Positions 36,018-45,334 are shown, numbered from the stretch's first letter. The stretch: 64,000 nt of DNA from Bdellovibrionota bacterium (GCA_964202055.1 CAXNGS010000001.1:32186-96185), one strand, 5' to 3'. Translations and numbers: made by a program. Notes: generated by a model from the sequence alone, not told the origin.

Positions 36018-37032
36018 GGCCTTTTAACTCCTTAGGATTTTTCGAAGCGCTACAGAAAAGTGATACTCGAAGTGCTTCAGTCAGAAAAGCGTAGAAATCT
36101 TCTAAAGCTTTTTCGCCTTTGGAAGCTGCCTGCAAGAAGGGCAAGGCTAGCCCACAGAAATCCGCACCCAAATAAAGCGCGCGAGCGGCGTCCAGTCCGC
36201 TGCGAATTCCGCCCGATCCAATGATCGGAAAGTCAGGTCCGACGCTCTGGCGAGCCAATGTGATTGCCTGGGGGCTGGGAATTCCCCAGTTGCGAAAGAG
36301 CTCTCCCAGGTCTCGCCTTTTGGGGCTTCGGAGTCCTTCGATGTAGCCCCAATGAGTGCCGCCTTTGCCGGAAGTTTCAACAGCATCAAAGCCAATGTGG
36401 CGGGCTTGGCGAACGCTTTGGGGATCCAAACCGCAGCCGGTTTCTTTTAAAATCATGGGAACATTGATTTGCGCACGAAGTTTTTCGAGCTTTGGTATTA
36501 ATGCCGAAAAGTCTCGGTCGCCCTCGGACTGAATGGCTTCTTGAAGGGCATTGAGGTGAATGAAGAGCCCATCGCTTTCAGTGCTGTCGATCAATCGGCG
36601 GATGTCGTCGATTGAAACGCCGAAATTGAGTTGGACCGCGCCGATGTTGGCAAACAATTTTGCTTTAGGCGCAAATTTTCGGAGATTTGATTTTTTGGCG
36701 AGTGCTGGTTTTTCGATTAAAAGACGTTGCGAGCCGATTCCCATCGGGATGTTTTTTGCTTGGGCGAATTTCGCTAGCCGTTGGTTGATCCGATCGCTTT
36801 TGGGAGTCCCGCCGGTCATTGATGAAATTAAAATCGGTGATGAATATCGATGGCCCAGAAATTCGGTTTCAAGATTGACTTCACTTAATGACATCTCGGG
36901 AAGCGCGCAATGAGGAATCTCGACCGCGTTCCAAGCGCTTTCGGCATGACGGCTGCCGGAACTAACGTCGCGAGTGAGGCAAAGATCAACGTGTTGGTCT
37001 TTGCGGCGAGCGGTGGAGGGAGCTTTGGCCAT
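35995..37032 (-). CDS. fni: type 2 (FMN-dependent) isopentenyl-diphosphate delta-isomerase
   Basis: 'RKDQHVDL', 'ISSMTGG', 'ETGCG', 'SGKGGTHWGYIEG', 'GSGGIRSGLDAARAL'. Confidence 0.9.
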   Translation of the reverse strand: MAKAPSTARRKDQHVDLCLTRDVSSGSRHAESAWNAVEIPHCALPEMSLSEVNLETEFLGHRYSSPILISSMTGGTPKSDRINQRLAKFAQAKNIPMGIGSQRLLIEKPALAKKSNLRKFAPKAKLFANIGAVQLNFGVSIDDIRRLIDSTESDGLFIHLNALQEAIQSEGDRDFSALIPKLEKLRAQINVPMILKETGCGLDPQSVRQARHIGFDAVETSGKGGTHWGYIEGLRSPKRRDLGELFRNWGIPSPQAITLARQSVGPDFPIIGSGGIRSGLDAARALYLGADFCGLALPFLQAASKGEKALEDFYAFLTEALRVSLFCSASKNPKELKGHGPIGKN

Positions 37033-37229
37033 AAGAGATTGTTATTTTCCATTTTACCAATCAAAGGCAAGCAATATCCGAGGCTTGAAACGAGTCTTGA
37101 GATCTCTAGGAATGATTATAAATATATGAAATTATTGATTAATTATAGTAATTGCAGGAGCTCGGGGCCAGCTAGATTTCAGAGGGAGCTATCCAGATTT
37201 CCTCTGAAAATGCCGATAATCCAGATGTT

Positions 37230-38165
37230 ATGTCGGATTTTGAAGATCGGTTGATTGAAGATTTGGGGCACGAGATTTCGGATGTCGTGATGGCAGGCGA
37301 AGAACTTTTGCGCGCGCCCAAAAATGAATCTGAACCTTTTCAATTTGCTCACGAATTCCGCAGTCTGTTGCGAACTTTGGAAGTGGGCATTCGATTGCTT
37401 CAGTGGAATGAATTTGCAAATTTTTTATCTGACTTAGGTCTAAAATTTGATGCCGCTTTTGTTTTAGAAGAACCAGCAGAAGTCGTCCGCCAAAAAATGG
37501 AAAAGACCGTCCAACTTCTTTTGACGATTTACGAAGGTTTCGACGGCGTTCGTTTTTCAGCGGATCAACTGTCGGCTTGGGCCGAGAATATTCATCAAAT
37601 TTGGGAATCACCGGAAGACACCGCGGTTGAAGTTGACCACTCGATCCCTCTTGAAGACTCTGAGCTTTTGGCAAAGGATTTTACATCGGTTCCGACTAGC
37701 CCATCTGTGAGCAGGGCTCCTATGGTCGGGATCCAGGTGGCTAGCTCGCCAACAAAAATAGAATTTCTGGCTATTGAATTTTTGGGTCAGGAATTTTTAT
37801 TCCCAATGGATCGGGTTTTAGCCATGGCAAGCGTCGATCGACACCAGATTCTGGAATGGCGAAATCAAATGCAAAGCCCTGGCCATTTTCAATTTCGGGG
37901 CCAAGAATATCGTCCTTCAAAGTTAATGAATTTTCGAAATCAAAAAAAAGGAAGCTCAGCCAATCATTCCCTTCAGGGTGCTGAGTTCATTTTCATCAAA
38001 GGCTTGGATGGACTGGAAATGCTTGAAGTGGATCGGGTCATAGGTTTTCGAAAAACTGATTCTGAAGATTTTACAGTCGAACAGAAACCGCAAGGCGGCT
38101 TCTGTCGTTTAAAAAATCGGGGGCACTTAAGTTCACGTTGGCTTTTCAGCCCGACGGCCGCTTAA
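37230..38165 (+). CDS. CheW-like domain protein with N-terminal helical domain
   Basis: The C-terminal half, 'FLAIEFLGQEFLFPMDRVLAM...FQFRGQEYRPSKLMNF...FIFIKGLDGLEMLEVDRVIG', follows the CheW-domain pattern. The N-terminal ~150 aa are of unknown type. Confidence 0.4.
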   Translation: MSDFEDRLIEDLGHEISDVVMAGEELLRAPKNESEPFQFAHEFRSLLRTLEVGIRLLQWNEFANFLSDLGLKFDAAFVLEEPAEVVRQKMEKTVQLLLTIYEGFDGVRFSADQLSAWAENIHQIWESPEDTAVEVDHSIPLEDSELLAKDFTSVPTSPSVSRAPMVGIQVASSPTKIEFLAIEFLGQEFLFPMDRVLAMASVDRHQILEWRNQMQSPGHFQFRGQEYRPSKLMNFRNQKKGSSANHSLQGAEFIFIKGLDGLEMLEVDRVIGFRKTDSEDFTVEQKPQGGFCRLKNRGHLSSRWLFSPTAA

Positions 38166-38181
38166 AACCGTCGCTTAAAAA

Positions 38182-40608
38182 CTAGCGCTTTTCGCTACGG
38201 CTTTTTTCTTTGTCTTCTTTTTTGGGTTGATCCGAAGCCAACGGCAGAGTTGGTTTCATTTCAACGCCCAAAGCGATTCGCAAAACGTCAGCCATTTCTT
38301 TCACGAAATGAAAGGTCATGGTTTTGCGCAGCTCTTCAGGGATGTCGTCCAAGTCTTTGCGATTTCGCTCGCAAAGAATGATGGTTTTGATGCCCGCGCG
38401 ACGTGCGGCCAAAACTTTTTCTTTGATGCCGCCGACTGGCAGGACCGCTCCTCGAAGCGTGATTTCACCAGTCATGGCGACGGTCGGATCAATGGCTCGA
38501 CCGGTTAGTAGCGAGGTGAGGGCCGTCAGCATCGTTACCCCAGCGCTGGGTCCGTCTTTGGGGATCGCACCGGCTGGAACGTGGATGTGATAGTCGTAAT
38601 CAGTGAAGGCATTCTCATCGATGCCCAAGGGTCCAGCCATGCTGCGAATCCAAGACTCGGCAGCTTTAGCGGATTCCTTCATGACGTCGCCTAATTGGCC
38701 GGTCAGGATCACTCCGCCTTTGCCTTTGAAACGAGTGGCTTCAATGAAGAGAATGTCGCCACCCACCGAGGTCCAAGCCAATCCAGTTGCGATGCCGGCA
38801 CGAGCGGTGCGTTCGGCAACATCGGCAAAGTGTTTTTGTTTACCCAAGTATTTTTCAATCGACGGAGCGGTGACTTCAATTTTGGCGGTGTGGCCAGAGG
38901 CAATTTCTTTGGCAGCCGAGCGGCAAACCGAAGCGATTTCGCGCTTCAAATTTCGAACGCCAGCTTCGCGAGTGTGGCTGCGGATGATTTCGCGCAGAGC
39001 TTCGTCGTCAAAAGAGATTTGCTCTTCTTTGATCCCGTGAGCTTCGCTTTGTTCTTCGACTAAATAGTCTTTAGCAATGTGAAGTTTTTCTTCTTCAGTG
39101 TAACCAGCCAAATTGATGATTTCCAAACGGTCGTAAAGAGCCGGTTGAACGTTTTCAATCATGTTGGCGGTCGCAATGAACAGAACTTTTGATAAATCAA
39201 AAGGCACATCCAAGTAATGGTCCGTGAAGGTGTTGTTTTGTTCAGGGTCCAAGACCTCAAGCAGCGCGCTCGAAGGATCGCCGCGCATATCGGAAGTCAG
39301 CTTGTCGATTTCGTCGAGCAAGATGACTGGATTGTTGGACTTGGCTTTTTTCATGGCTTGGATAATTCGGCCGGGCATCGCTCCGACATAGGTTCGGCGA
39401 TGGCCGCGAATTTCCGCGTCGTCACGAACGCCACCCAGTGCAATGCGCACGAATTGGCGGCCGAGGGAACGGGCGACAGATTTTCCAAGCGAAGTTTTAC
39501 CAACGCCCGGAGGGCCAGCTAAGCAAAGGATCGGACCCTTAAGGTCTTTTTTGAGTTTCAAGACAGCGATGTATTCGATGATGCGTTTTTTGATTTTTTC
39601 CAAACCGTAGTGGTCTTCGTTCAACACATCTTCGGCGTTTTTAAGATCCATATTGTCGTCGGTGCTCTTAGCCCAGGGCAATTCGACCAGTGATTCAACG
39701 TAAGTTCGAATCACGCCGTGTTCGGCGGAATTGGGACTGGTGCGCGCCATGCGATCGAGTTCTTTCATCGCAATTTTTTCGACGTCTTCGGGCATTTTGG
39801 CTTCTTTGACTTTGTCGCGAAGGTCTTCGGCATCGTCGACGTCGTCTTTTTGGCCCAATTCTTTTTGAATCGCTTTGAGTTGTTCTTTTAAATAATATTC
39901 GCGCTGATTTTTAACCAACTCGTCTTTGATGTCGCCTTGGATTTTTTTGGACAATTCCAAAATATCGATTTCGCGATTGATCAAGCGAGTGACTTTTTCC
40001 AAGCGCTCTTTAACGTCGCCAGTCGACAAGATGTCTTGTTTTTCGCTTTCGTTGATGTTCATGTACGAAGCGATCAAATCGGCTAAGTAATCGGGATCAG
40101 AAATGCTTTCGATGAAAAGTGCGGCTTCATCGGGAATGCTTGGTGATAGCGAAATGATTCGGCGGCCCAGTTGCTTGATGTTTTTAACAAGCGCTTCGAT
40201 TTCAATCGGCAAGTCGCCGGTTTTCGGCAAGCCATTAATGATTGCTGAAAGTTTAGCTTTCAATAAATTTTCGCTACCCACTTCATCCGTGATGGCTTCG
40301 ATTTGAATGCGGGCAAGTCCGTGCACCAAAACGGTGAGAGTGCCATCATTCATTTTTTGAATTTTTTCGATCTTAGCGAGCACCCCGTTTTGATAGAGGT
40401 CGGGAATTGTAGGTTCGTCGACGGACTTATCTTTTTGAGTGACGATCGCGAGCAATCCGCCTTCGCCAGTGGTGAGCACTGACGAAACCGATCGGGGTCG
40501 TCCAACCGAAATCGGCATCTTCATCATCGGGAAAAGAACCGCGTTTCGTAGGGGAAGTATGAGGGCTTCTGCTGGAATTTCTACTGGTCCACGTTCATCG
40601 TTATTCAT
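38182..40608 (-). CDS. lon: ATP-dependent Lon protease
   Basis: 808 aa. Walker A 'GPPGVGKTS', and protease Ser context 'KDGPSAGVTMLTAL'. Confidence 0.95.
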   Translation of the reverse strand: MNNDERGPVEIPAEALILPLRNAVLFPMMKMPISVGRPRSVSSVLTTGEGGLLAIVTQKDKSVDEPTIPDLYQNGVLAKIEKIQKMNDGTLTVLVHGLARIQIEAITDEVGSENLLKAKLSAIINGLPKTGDLPIEIEALVKNIKQLGRRIISLSPSIPDEAALFIESISDPDYLADLIASYMNINESEKQDILSTGDVKERLEKVTRLINREIDILELSKKIQGDIKDELVKNQREYYLKEQLKAIQKELGQKDDVDDAEDLRDKVKEAKMPEDVEKIAMKELDRMARTSPNSAEHGVIRTYVESLVELPWAKSTDDNMDLKNAEDVLNEDHYGLEKIKKRIIEYIAVLKLKKDLKGPILCLAGPPGVGKTSLGKSVARSLGRQFVRIALGGVRDDAEIRGHRRTYVGAMPGRIIQAMKKAKSNNPVILLDEIDKLTSDMRGDPSSALLEVLDPEQNNTFTDHYLDVPFDLSKVLFIATANMIENVQPALYDRLEIINLAGYTEEEKLHIAKDYLVEEQSEAHGIKEEQISFDDEALREIIRSHTREAGVRNLKREIASVCRSAAKEIASGHTAKIEVTAPSIEKYLGKQKHFADVAERTARAGIATGLAWTSVGGDILFIEATRFKGKGGVILTGQLGDVMKESAKAAESWIRSMAGPLGIDENAFTDYDYHIHVPAGAIPKDGPSAGVTMLTALTSLLTGRAIDPTVAMTGEITLRGAVLPVGGIKEKVLAARRAGIKTIILCERNRKDLDDIPEELRKTMTFHFVKEMADVLRIALGVEMKPTLPLASDQPKKEDKEKSRSEKR

Positions 40609-40734
40609 TCAACCCACCTTTTGTATAATCTTAGCGTTTTAAAATCGTTCTCGGGAGTCAGATCTTTTGGCTATGCTGTAGCTACCGTTTTTACGATAGT
40701 GAGAATTTCCGGAGAAAACAAACCCTTGGACTTA

Positions 40735-40762
40735 ATATGGGTTGGCTAAATTAAGAGTCAAG
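40735..40762 (-). promoter_or_regulatory. sigma32-type heat-shock promoter upstream of lon
   Basis: The minus strand reads CTTGAC (40762-40757), a 14-nt spacer, then ACCCATAT (40742-40735). The consensus is CTTGAA-N13-15-CCCCATnT. It lies about 125 nt upstream of the lon ATG. Confidence 0.45.
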
Positions 40763-40897
40763 TTGGGCGATCCCTAAAAACACCCAATCTAAGTACTTGA
40801 ATTTACTTAATCTTTAAAAATAATTATTCAGATCTAAATATATTCTGAAGAAAGACGATACGAATCTTAACGGTTCTTTAAGGAAGGGGCAGAAATT

Positions 40898-41662
40898 ATG
40901 AGTTCGGCAGCAGTACAAGCATTCGATTGGAGTCAACAACCAGGTACCGAGGCTCAAACAGGGCGCTCGCTAATCGTCGTTGAGGATGATTCTGATCTTC
41001 AGACCATTCTTACCTATAACCTACAAAAATCGGGATTTAAGGTCCGATGTTATTCAAAAGCCGAGGACGTTCTTAAAATTCTCGACTCCAGCCCCGACAT
41101 GATTCCGGAAGGTTTCGTGGTCGACTTAAACTTGGCTGGCAACATGAACGGAATTGAACTTACAAAATTCCTTCGTGAGAAAAAAGAAACTGCCAAGCTT
41201 CCCATTCTGATGCTCACTGCGCGTAGTCAGCCAACCGACGTGGTTCATGGCTTGAACCAAGGCGCTGATGATTATCTGCCAAAACCGTTTGAAATGGATG
41301 TATTGAAAGCTCGAATCAATTCTTGCTTACGTCGCGCGGATTCTCATCCGGGACCCGTCAAAGGTGGTCGTGAGAAGATTGACGCTTCGGGTATCCACAT
41401 TGATCCAGTTTCGCACAAAGTTTCAGTTGATGGCGGCGAAGTTCATTTGACCGCTTTCGAGTACGGTTTGTTAGTTAGCTTTATGTCGCGCCCCAATGAA
41501 GTTTTGAGCCGTGATGATTTGCTGCTGAGAATCGTCGGACCCAACAAAGTTGTCACCGGTCGTACCATCGACGTGCACATTCGAGCTTTGCGTTCGAAAA
41601 TGGGCGCTCGTGGTCGTCACGTTAGCACCGTGCGCGGATTCGGTTATAAATTCGTACCCTGA
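40898..41662 (+). CDS. OmpR-family response regulator
   Basis: The receiver domain has 'LIVVEDDSD', 'VVDLNLAG', 'LTAR' and 'DDYLPKPF'. The winged-helix C-terminus has 'LTAFEYGLL...IDVHIRALRSK...VRGFGYKF'. Confidence 0.9.
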   Translation: MSSAAVQAFDWSQQPGTEAQTGRSLIVVEDDSDLQTILTYNLQKSGFKVRCYSKAEDVLKILDSSPDMIPEGFVVDLNLAGNMNGIELTKFLREKKETAKLPILMLTARSQPTDVVHGLNQGADDYLPKPFEMDVLKARINSCLRRADSHPGPVKGGREKIDASGIHIDPVSHKVSVDGGEVHLTAFEYGLLVSFMSRPNEVLSRDDLLLRIVGPNKVVTGRTIDVHIRALRSKMGARGRHVSTVRGFGYKFVP

Positions 41663-41664
41663 AC

Positions 41665-42273
41665 TTGAAACAGTCAGCTGCCAAAAAAATCATTGAAGAG
41701 CAGGGCCTTAACTCGGCCCTGCCTTTTTGCGTTTTGAGCAAAGAGGGCGATTTGCTTTGCCTGAACGCTCGAATGCAAGAGCTTTTGGTCGGCAATAAAA
41801 AATCTGCTACCAAAAAAATTGAAACCCCGATGCCATATGCTGATTTGCTTCGGATTTGGCCGTTCTTTAATGAGACCCAGGGGCCTCCGGCTTTTTTAAG
41901 TCATGTTTTGCACCAAAAAACTCGGAAGAATCCTGCAGTTTTATTTGGCGAAGGTCGGTTGAAGACGTTCAAGTTTCACGTTTGGGAATTTCAAGTGGGC
42001 GAAGCGAAGGGCCAAATCGTCGTTACGGAAATGATGCGCTCTGGGGATTTGCTGAAGGATCGTCATTCACGACAAGTTTTATTCCGATCGCTATCGCATG
42101 AAATCCGAACCGCGGTGATGGCCTTGCAGGGCTATGCCTCGATCCTTAACGGCGAGTATCCCGAAGCCCATGTGATTTACGAGGGCTTGCGCCAATCGAT
42201 GGCAAGACTCGACAATGTGGTCAAGCGCTTAGACGAATTCCGTTCGGAGCTAGAGGTTTTGGATGAAGGTTAA
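41665..42273 (+). CDS. PAS-like + HisKA (DHp)-only protein lacking an ATPase domain
   Basis: H-box 'FRSLSHEIRTAVMALQGYASIL' about 60 aa before the stop, with no N/G1/G2 boxes. The N-terminus 'PFCVLSKEGDLLCLNARMQELLVG' is PAS-like. The start is uncertain: TTG 41665 has no SD, and an in-frame ATG lies at 41773. Confidence 0.6.
   Translation: MKQSAAKKIIEEQGLNSALPFCVLSKEGDLLCLNARMQELLVGNKKSATKKIETPMPYADLLRIWPFFNETQGPPAFLSHVLHQKTRKNPAVLFGEGRLKTFKFHVWEFQVGEAKGQIVVTEMMRSGDLLKDRHSRQVLFRSLSHEIRTAVMALQGYASILNGEYPEAHVIYEGLRQSMARLDNVVKRLDEFRSELEVLDEG
41700..41735 (+). terminator. intrinsic terminator/attenuator-like hairpin just after the response regulator stop
   Basis: GCAGGGCC (41700-41707), a 7-nt loop, then GGCCCTGC (41715-41722), followed by CTTTTTGCGTTTT. 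It lies inside the 5' end of the track ORF 41665..42273. Confidence 0.5.
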
Positions 42274-42583
42274 AATTGAAATTCAAAGTCCCAGCGGCAA
42301 GAATGAAAATATCGATTTGAATGAAGTGATTTTTAAATCTCAGGAATCACTTTTAGAATGGACCGAAGAAAAATCTAATATCATTGCCTTTGGTTGTCGG
42401 GTCGGGAGCTGCGGCAATTGTATGGTTGAGGTTGAAGCCGGCATGGATTTGCTGGAGCCGATGACGCCCCAGGAGGACGACACTCTCAGTCGGATGGCGA
42501 AATCGCCCGCATCACGGCTCGCTTGTCGGGCTCGCTTTAAAAGCGATGCAAGCGGGCTGCTTAAAATCAAAACTATTTTTTAA
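42263..42583 (+). CDS. plant-type [2Fe-2S] ferredoxin-like protein
   Basis: 'CRVGSCGNC' (C-x4-C-x2-C) plus a distal 'LACRA' Cys. 106 aa. It overlaps the upstream ORF by 11 nt. Confidence 0.7.
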   Translation: MKVKIEIQSPSGKNENIDLNEVIFKSQESLLEWTEEKSNIIAFGCRVGSCGNCMVEVEAGMDLLEPMTPQEDDTLSRMAKSPASRLACRARFKSDASGLLKIKTIF

Positions 42584-42653
42584 GATTCGGTAAATTTTTT
42601 TGAGAGCGCAATACTTCATCAAGGACTGCGCGAGCCTTTCCGATAATTGAAAT

Positions 42654-43457
42654 ATGCGAGAAAAAATTCCACTTTTAGTTTTCATTGGATTGGGTCTTGT
42701 GATGTTGATTGGCGGACTAAGCTGGGCTTCTAAACGTTGGGATCTATGGAGTCATGGAGTCGAGGCTCAAGCTCAAGTGATTGAGAATCAAGTATCAACC
42801 AGCACCAGTTACAATTCTAAAACTAAACGTAATGAAACTTCGACTTCCTATTATCCGATTGTCAAATTCGAGGATAGCAGTGGAGCGTCTCACACTTTCA
42901 AAGGCAGCACCGGAAGTTCTTCGCCGGATTTTTCGGTGGGTGACAAAGTTCCAGTTTTGTACATGGCCGGTGATCCGTCGAATGCTCAAATTAAAGTCTT
43001 CACCCAATTTTGGCTGGGGCCGGTGGTGATCAGCGCTATGGGTTTGATATTCTTTGCGATTGGTTTCATCATTCCCCGATTTGGGAGTGGGATTGATTCG
43101 GCATTCAAGGGAAGCTTTTTTGCTCAAAGCAATTTTAAGCCCGGCCAGGGTGGAAGTTTCGGCCAATACCGCAAGGTTGAAACTCTTATCACTAAGGTCA
43201 CTAGCACTCGCAATGAAAAGCAAAAGCTATTGATCAGCTTGCAATGCAAAGTTTCAAGACCCTTAAATGAAGAGAGGGCGCCCCAAAATTTTGTGAGTGC
43301 ACCGATGGGATATCAGGTAAATGGAGTTGATTTAAACGAAAATGAACTGGCGACTTGGCAGGGCAAAAAAGTTTTTGTGATTTATGACTCTAAAAACCCA
43401 GCGGATTTCAACGTCGAAATTTTTGAATTGATCGATAGCCTTAAAAAAGTTGCTTAA
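42654..43457 (+). CDS. DUF3592-like membrane protein
   Basis: The N-terminal TM helix is followed by 'GVEAQAQVIEN...YYPIVKFEDSSGASHTFKGS...GDKVPVLYMAGDPSNAQI' and then a second TM helix. This is the typical DUF3592 layout. Confidence 0.5.
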   Translation: MREKIPLLVFIGLGLVMLIGGLSWASKRWDLWSHGVEAQAQVIENQVSTSTSYNSKTKRNETSTSYYPIVKFEDSSGASHTFKGSTGSSSPDFSVGDKVPVLYMAGDPSNAQIKVFTQFWLGPVVISAMGLIFFAIGFIIPRFGSGIDSAFKGSFFAQSNFKPGQGGSFGQYRKVETLITKVTSTRNEKQKLLISLQCKVSRPLNEERAPQNFVSAPMGYQVNGVDLNENELATWQGKKVFVIYDSKNPADFNVEIFELIDSLKKVA

Positions 43458-45334
43458 GCATTGGCTTTTCGGGATTGATATTCATACCAGGCAAAGGCCG
43501 GAAACATTGCTCCCCAGATGGCTAGGCTCCAGACGTATTTGTAATAGCCCGCCGGTGCAAAAGTCAGCACGACCAGAGTTCGGGTCAGCATCATCAGGGT
43601 GGCCGTGCTGGTCAGCGGATATCGGCGCCAAAATAAAAGGGAAAATCCCAAGATTAAAATCGCCGGAACGCATGAGGCAAAAATGATTCGGTATCGATAG
43701 GAATCCCAACAATGGGTGACTGCGCGCCAGGCCTCGGCTCCGTTGTTTTGCACGTGGGTGGGCAAGGCTAATTGAAGTTGCTTAAAGAGTGGGTTTTCAA
43801 AGGCTTCATTGTTAAACCAGTAGGTGTCAAAGCGGATGCCGAGAATCACGCTCGCCATTTCTATTCGGTTCTTTAAAAAATCTAGCGGGTAATCCCAAAA
43901 CAATCGCAGCGCGACACGACGCAGTCGATCTTCGCCGCCTTTTTCTGAAATTTCAGCACGACGAACCGCGTGCTGATGGTATTCATCAATGTCGTGAGCC
44001 TTGTGGATAGAAATGGCGCGGTCGATGTCGAGGATTCCCTCAAGATCCCTGACTTCATTTGGGCTTAAAATTTGGCGGCCGTGTTTGCTGAGAATAGCCA
44101 TCATGGGATTGATGTAAGAAGTGATCGTGTAAACAGGATCCATTTGTATTTTTCGGTTGTACGGCGTCCCAAATAAATATCCCATAATGATGAGCGCTGG
44201 GATCGCGAAGGATTTTAAATTTTCGGCCCAAGGTTTGGGACTGCGGAATTTTTCATAAACCATCAGCAAAGGAAGTAGAAATAAGGTTTCTTTGCGAATT
44301 AAAAATGAAATCAAAAATAACGAGATACGGACTAAAAAGCTGGAGTTCCGAAGTGAAACACTGGCGAGGAAGGCCACGAAGACCCAGCTAAAGGTGATGT
44401 CCCGATTTTGAAAAACTAAGAGTTGTTGATTGATGTTGGAAGCCAGGAAAAAAACAAATCCAAGACTAAACAATAAATGGTTGATCCGGTCTTTTCGAAA
44501 ATAGGAAAAGCAAGTAGTGAAAATACCAATCGCCAACACTAAGTTTAAAATCATGCCACTGGCCATGCTTCGGCAAATAAGCACTAAGGCATAGTGGATC
44601 GCCGAATAAAACATCAGAGTCGAGGGATTGTGCATCCCCATTAAGGCCACTTGGTAATCGATCGGAGTGTCGAAACTCAGGTGTCCAGGCCAATTTAAAT
44701 GAGCGAGATATCCGAAAATTAAAACAAGTAGCGAACTAAAAACCAATTCAGATTTAAGGCGCCAACGGTTTTTTCGAAGCTCAGAAAATAATGCAATCAA
44801 TCCGTATCCTGCTGAGAGCAGAATGACGAAGGCCATATAGAGTCCCGAAAAATGAGCAAAACCTACGGCTTCATACTCAAGACCTAAAGCCGGAGCATTC
44901 CATTTTGAGTAGGATTGAGAGAAGGAATCTTTGTTGGTGGGGCTGGGCGAGCTGAAGAGTTTAATCGCCAGCGGTTGATTGTCCCACATTCTGCCAATTT
45001 TGATCAGCGGACTTTGCTGATTGATCGTGGTCACGTCGAGATCTAGTAGGCGTGATTCATAGAGTGTAAGCAGCGGCGGAGTTTTGGAGTTAATCGGGAT
45101 AATGATTTTTCGCTCGCTCCATCTTTCGAGGGTGTGCACTTCTATTGAGATGACTTGCGATGGATCAAAATGAATCAGGATCGGTCCCCGCTTCGGATTG
45201 ATCCCGTGAAAGATAATCGTAAGTAGGAGAGCTAATCCCCAGCAAATCAATAAATAGTTTAGGGCTCGGGATTCTTGAATTTTTTGTAGCAAAGAATCCT
45301 TGAGTCCGGGATCTTGCGAGTCCATTTGTTTCAT
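43454..45334 (-). CDS. large polytopic membrane protein, unknown function
   Basis: 626 aa with 12 or more hydrophobic segments and a ~150-aa soluble insert. The layout is GT-C/ArnT-like, but I recognise no motif. Confidence 0.5.
   Translation of the reverse strand: MKQMDSQDPGLKDSLLQKIQESRALNYLLICWGLALLLTIIFHGINPKRGPILIHFDPSQVISIEVHTLERWSERKIIIPINSKTPPLLTLYESRLLDLDVTTINQQSPLIKIGRMWDNQPLAIKLFSSPSPTNKDSFSQSYSKWNAPALGLEYEAVGFAHFSGLYMAFVILLSAGYGLIALFSELRKNRWRLKSELVFSSLLVLIFGYLAHLNWPGHLSFDTPIDYQVALMGMHNPSTLMFYSAIHYALVLICRSMASGMILNLVLAIGIFTTCFSYFRKDRINHLLFSLGFVFFLASNINQQLLVFQNRDITFSWVFVAFLASVSLRNSSFLVRISLFLISFLIRKETLFLLPLLMVYEKFRSPKPWAENLKSFAIPALIIMGYLFGTPYNRKIQMDPVYTITSYINPMMAILSKHGRQILSPNEVRDLEGILDIDRAISIHKAHDIDEYHQHAVRRAEISEKGGEDRLRRVALRLFWDYPLDFLKNRIEMASVILGIRFDTYWFNNEAFENPLFKQLQLALPTHVQNNGAEAWRAVTHCWDSYRYRIIFASCVPAILILGFSLLFWRRYPLTSTATLMMLTRTLVVLTFAPAGYYKYVWSLAIWGAMFPAFAWYEYQSRKANA

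Noticed and set aside
37177-37209. 9-bp inverted repeat TTTCAGAGG...CCTCTGAAA, considered as a terminator.
   Set aside because: It has no T-run on either strand and lies upstream of, not after, the flanking genes. I mention it only in the context of the CheW-like gene.
38227-40642. Series of plus-strand ORFs (60-145 aa) inside lon.
   Set aside because: They are antisense shadows of a well-supported 808-aa Lon gene, with Arg/Ser/Ala-rich nonsense composition.
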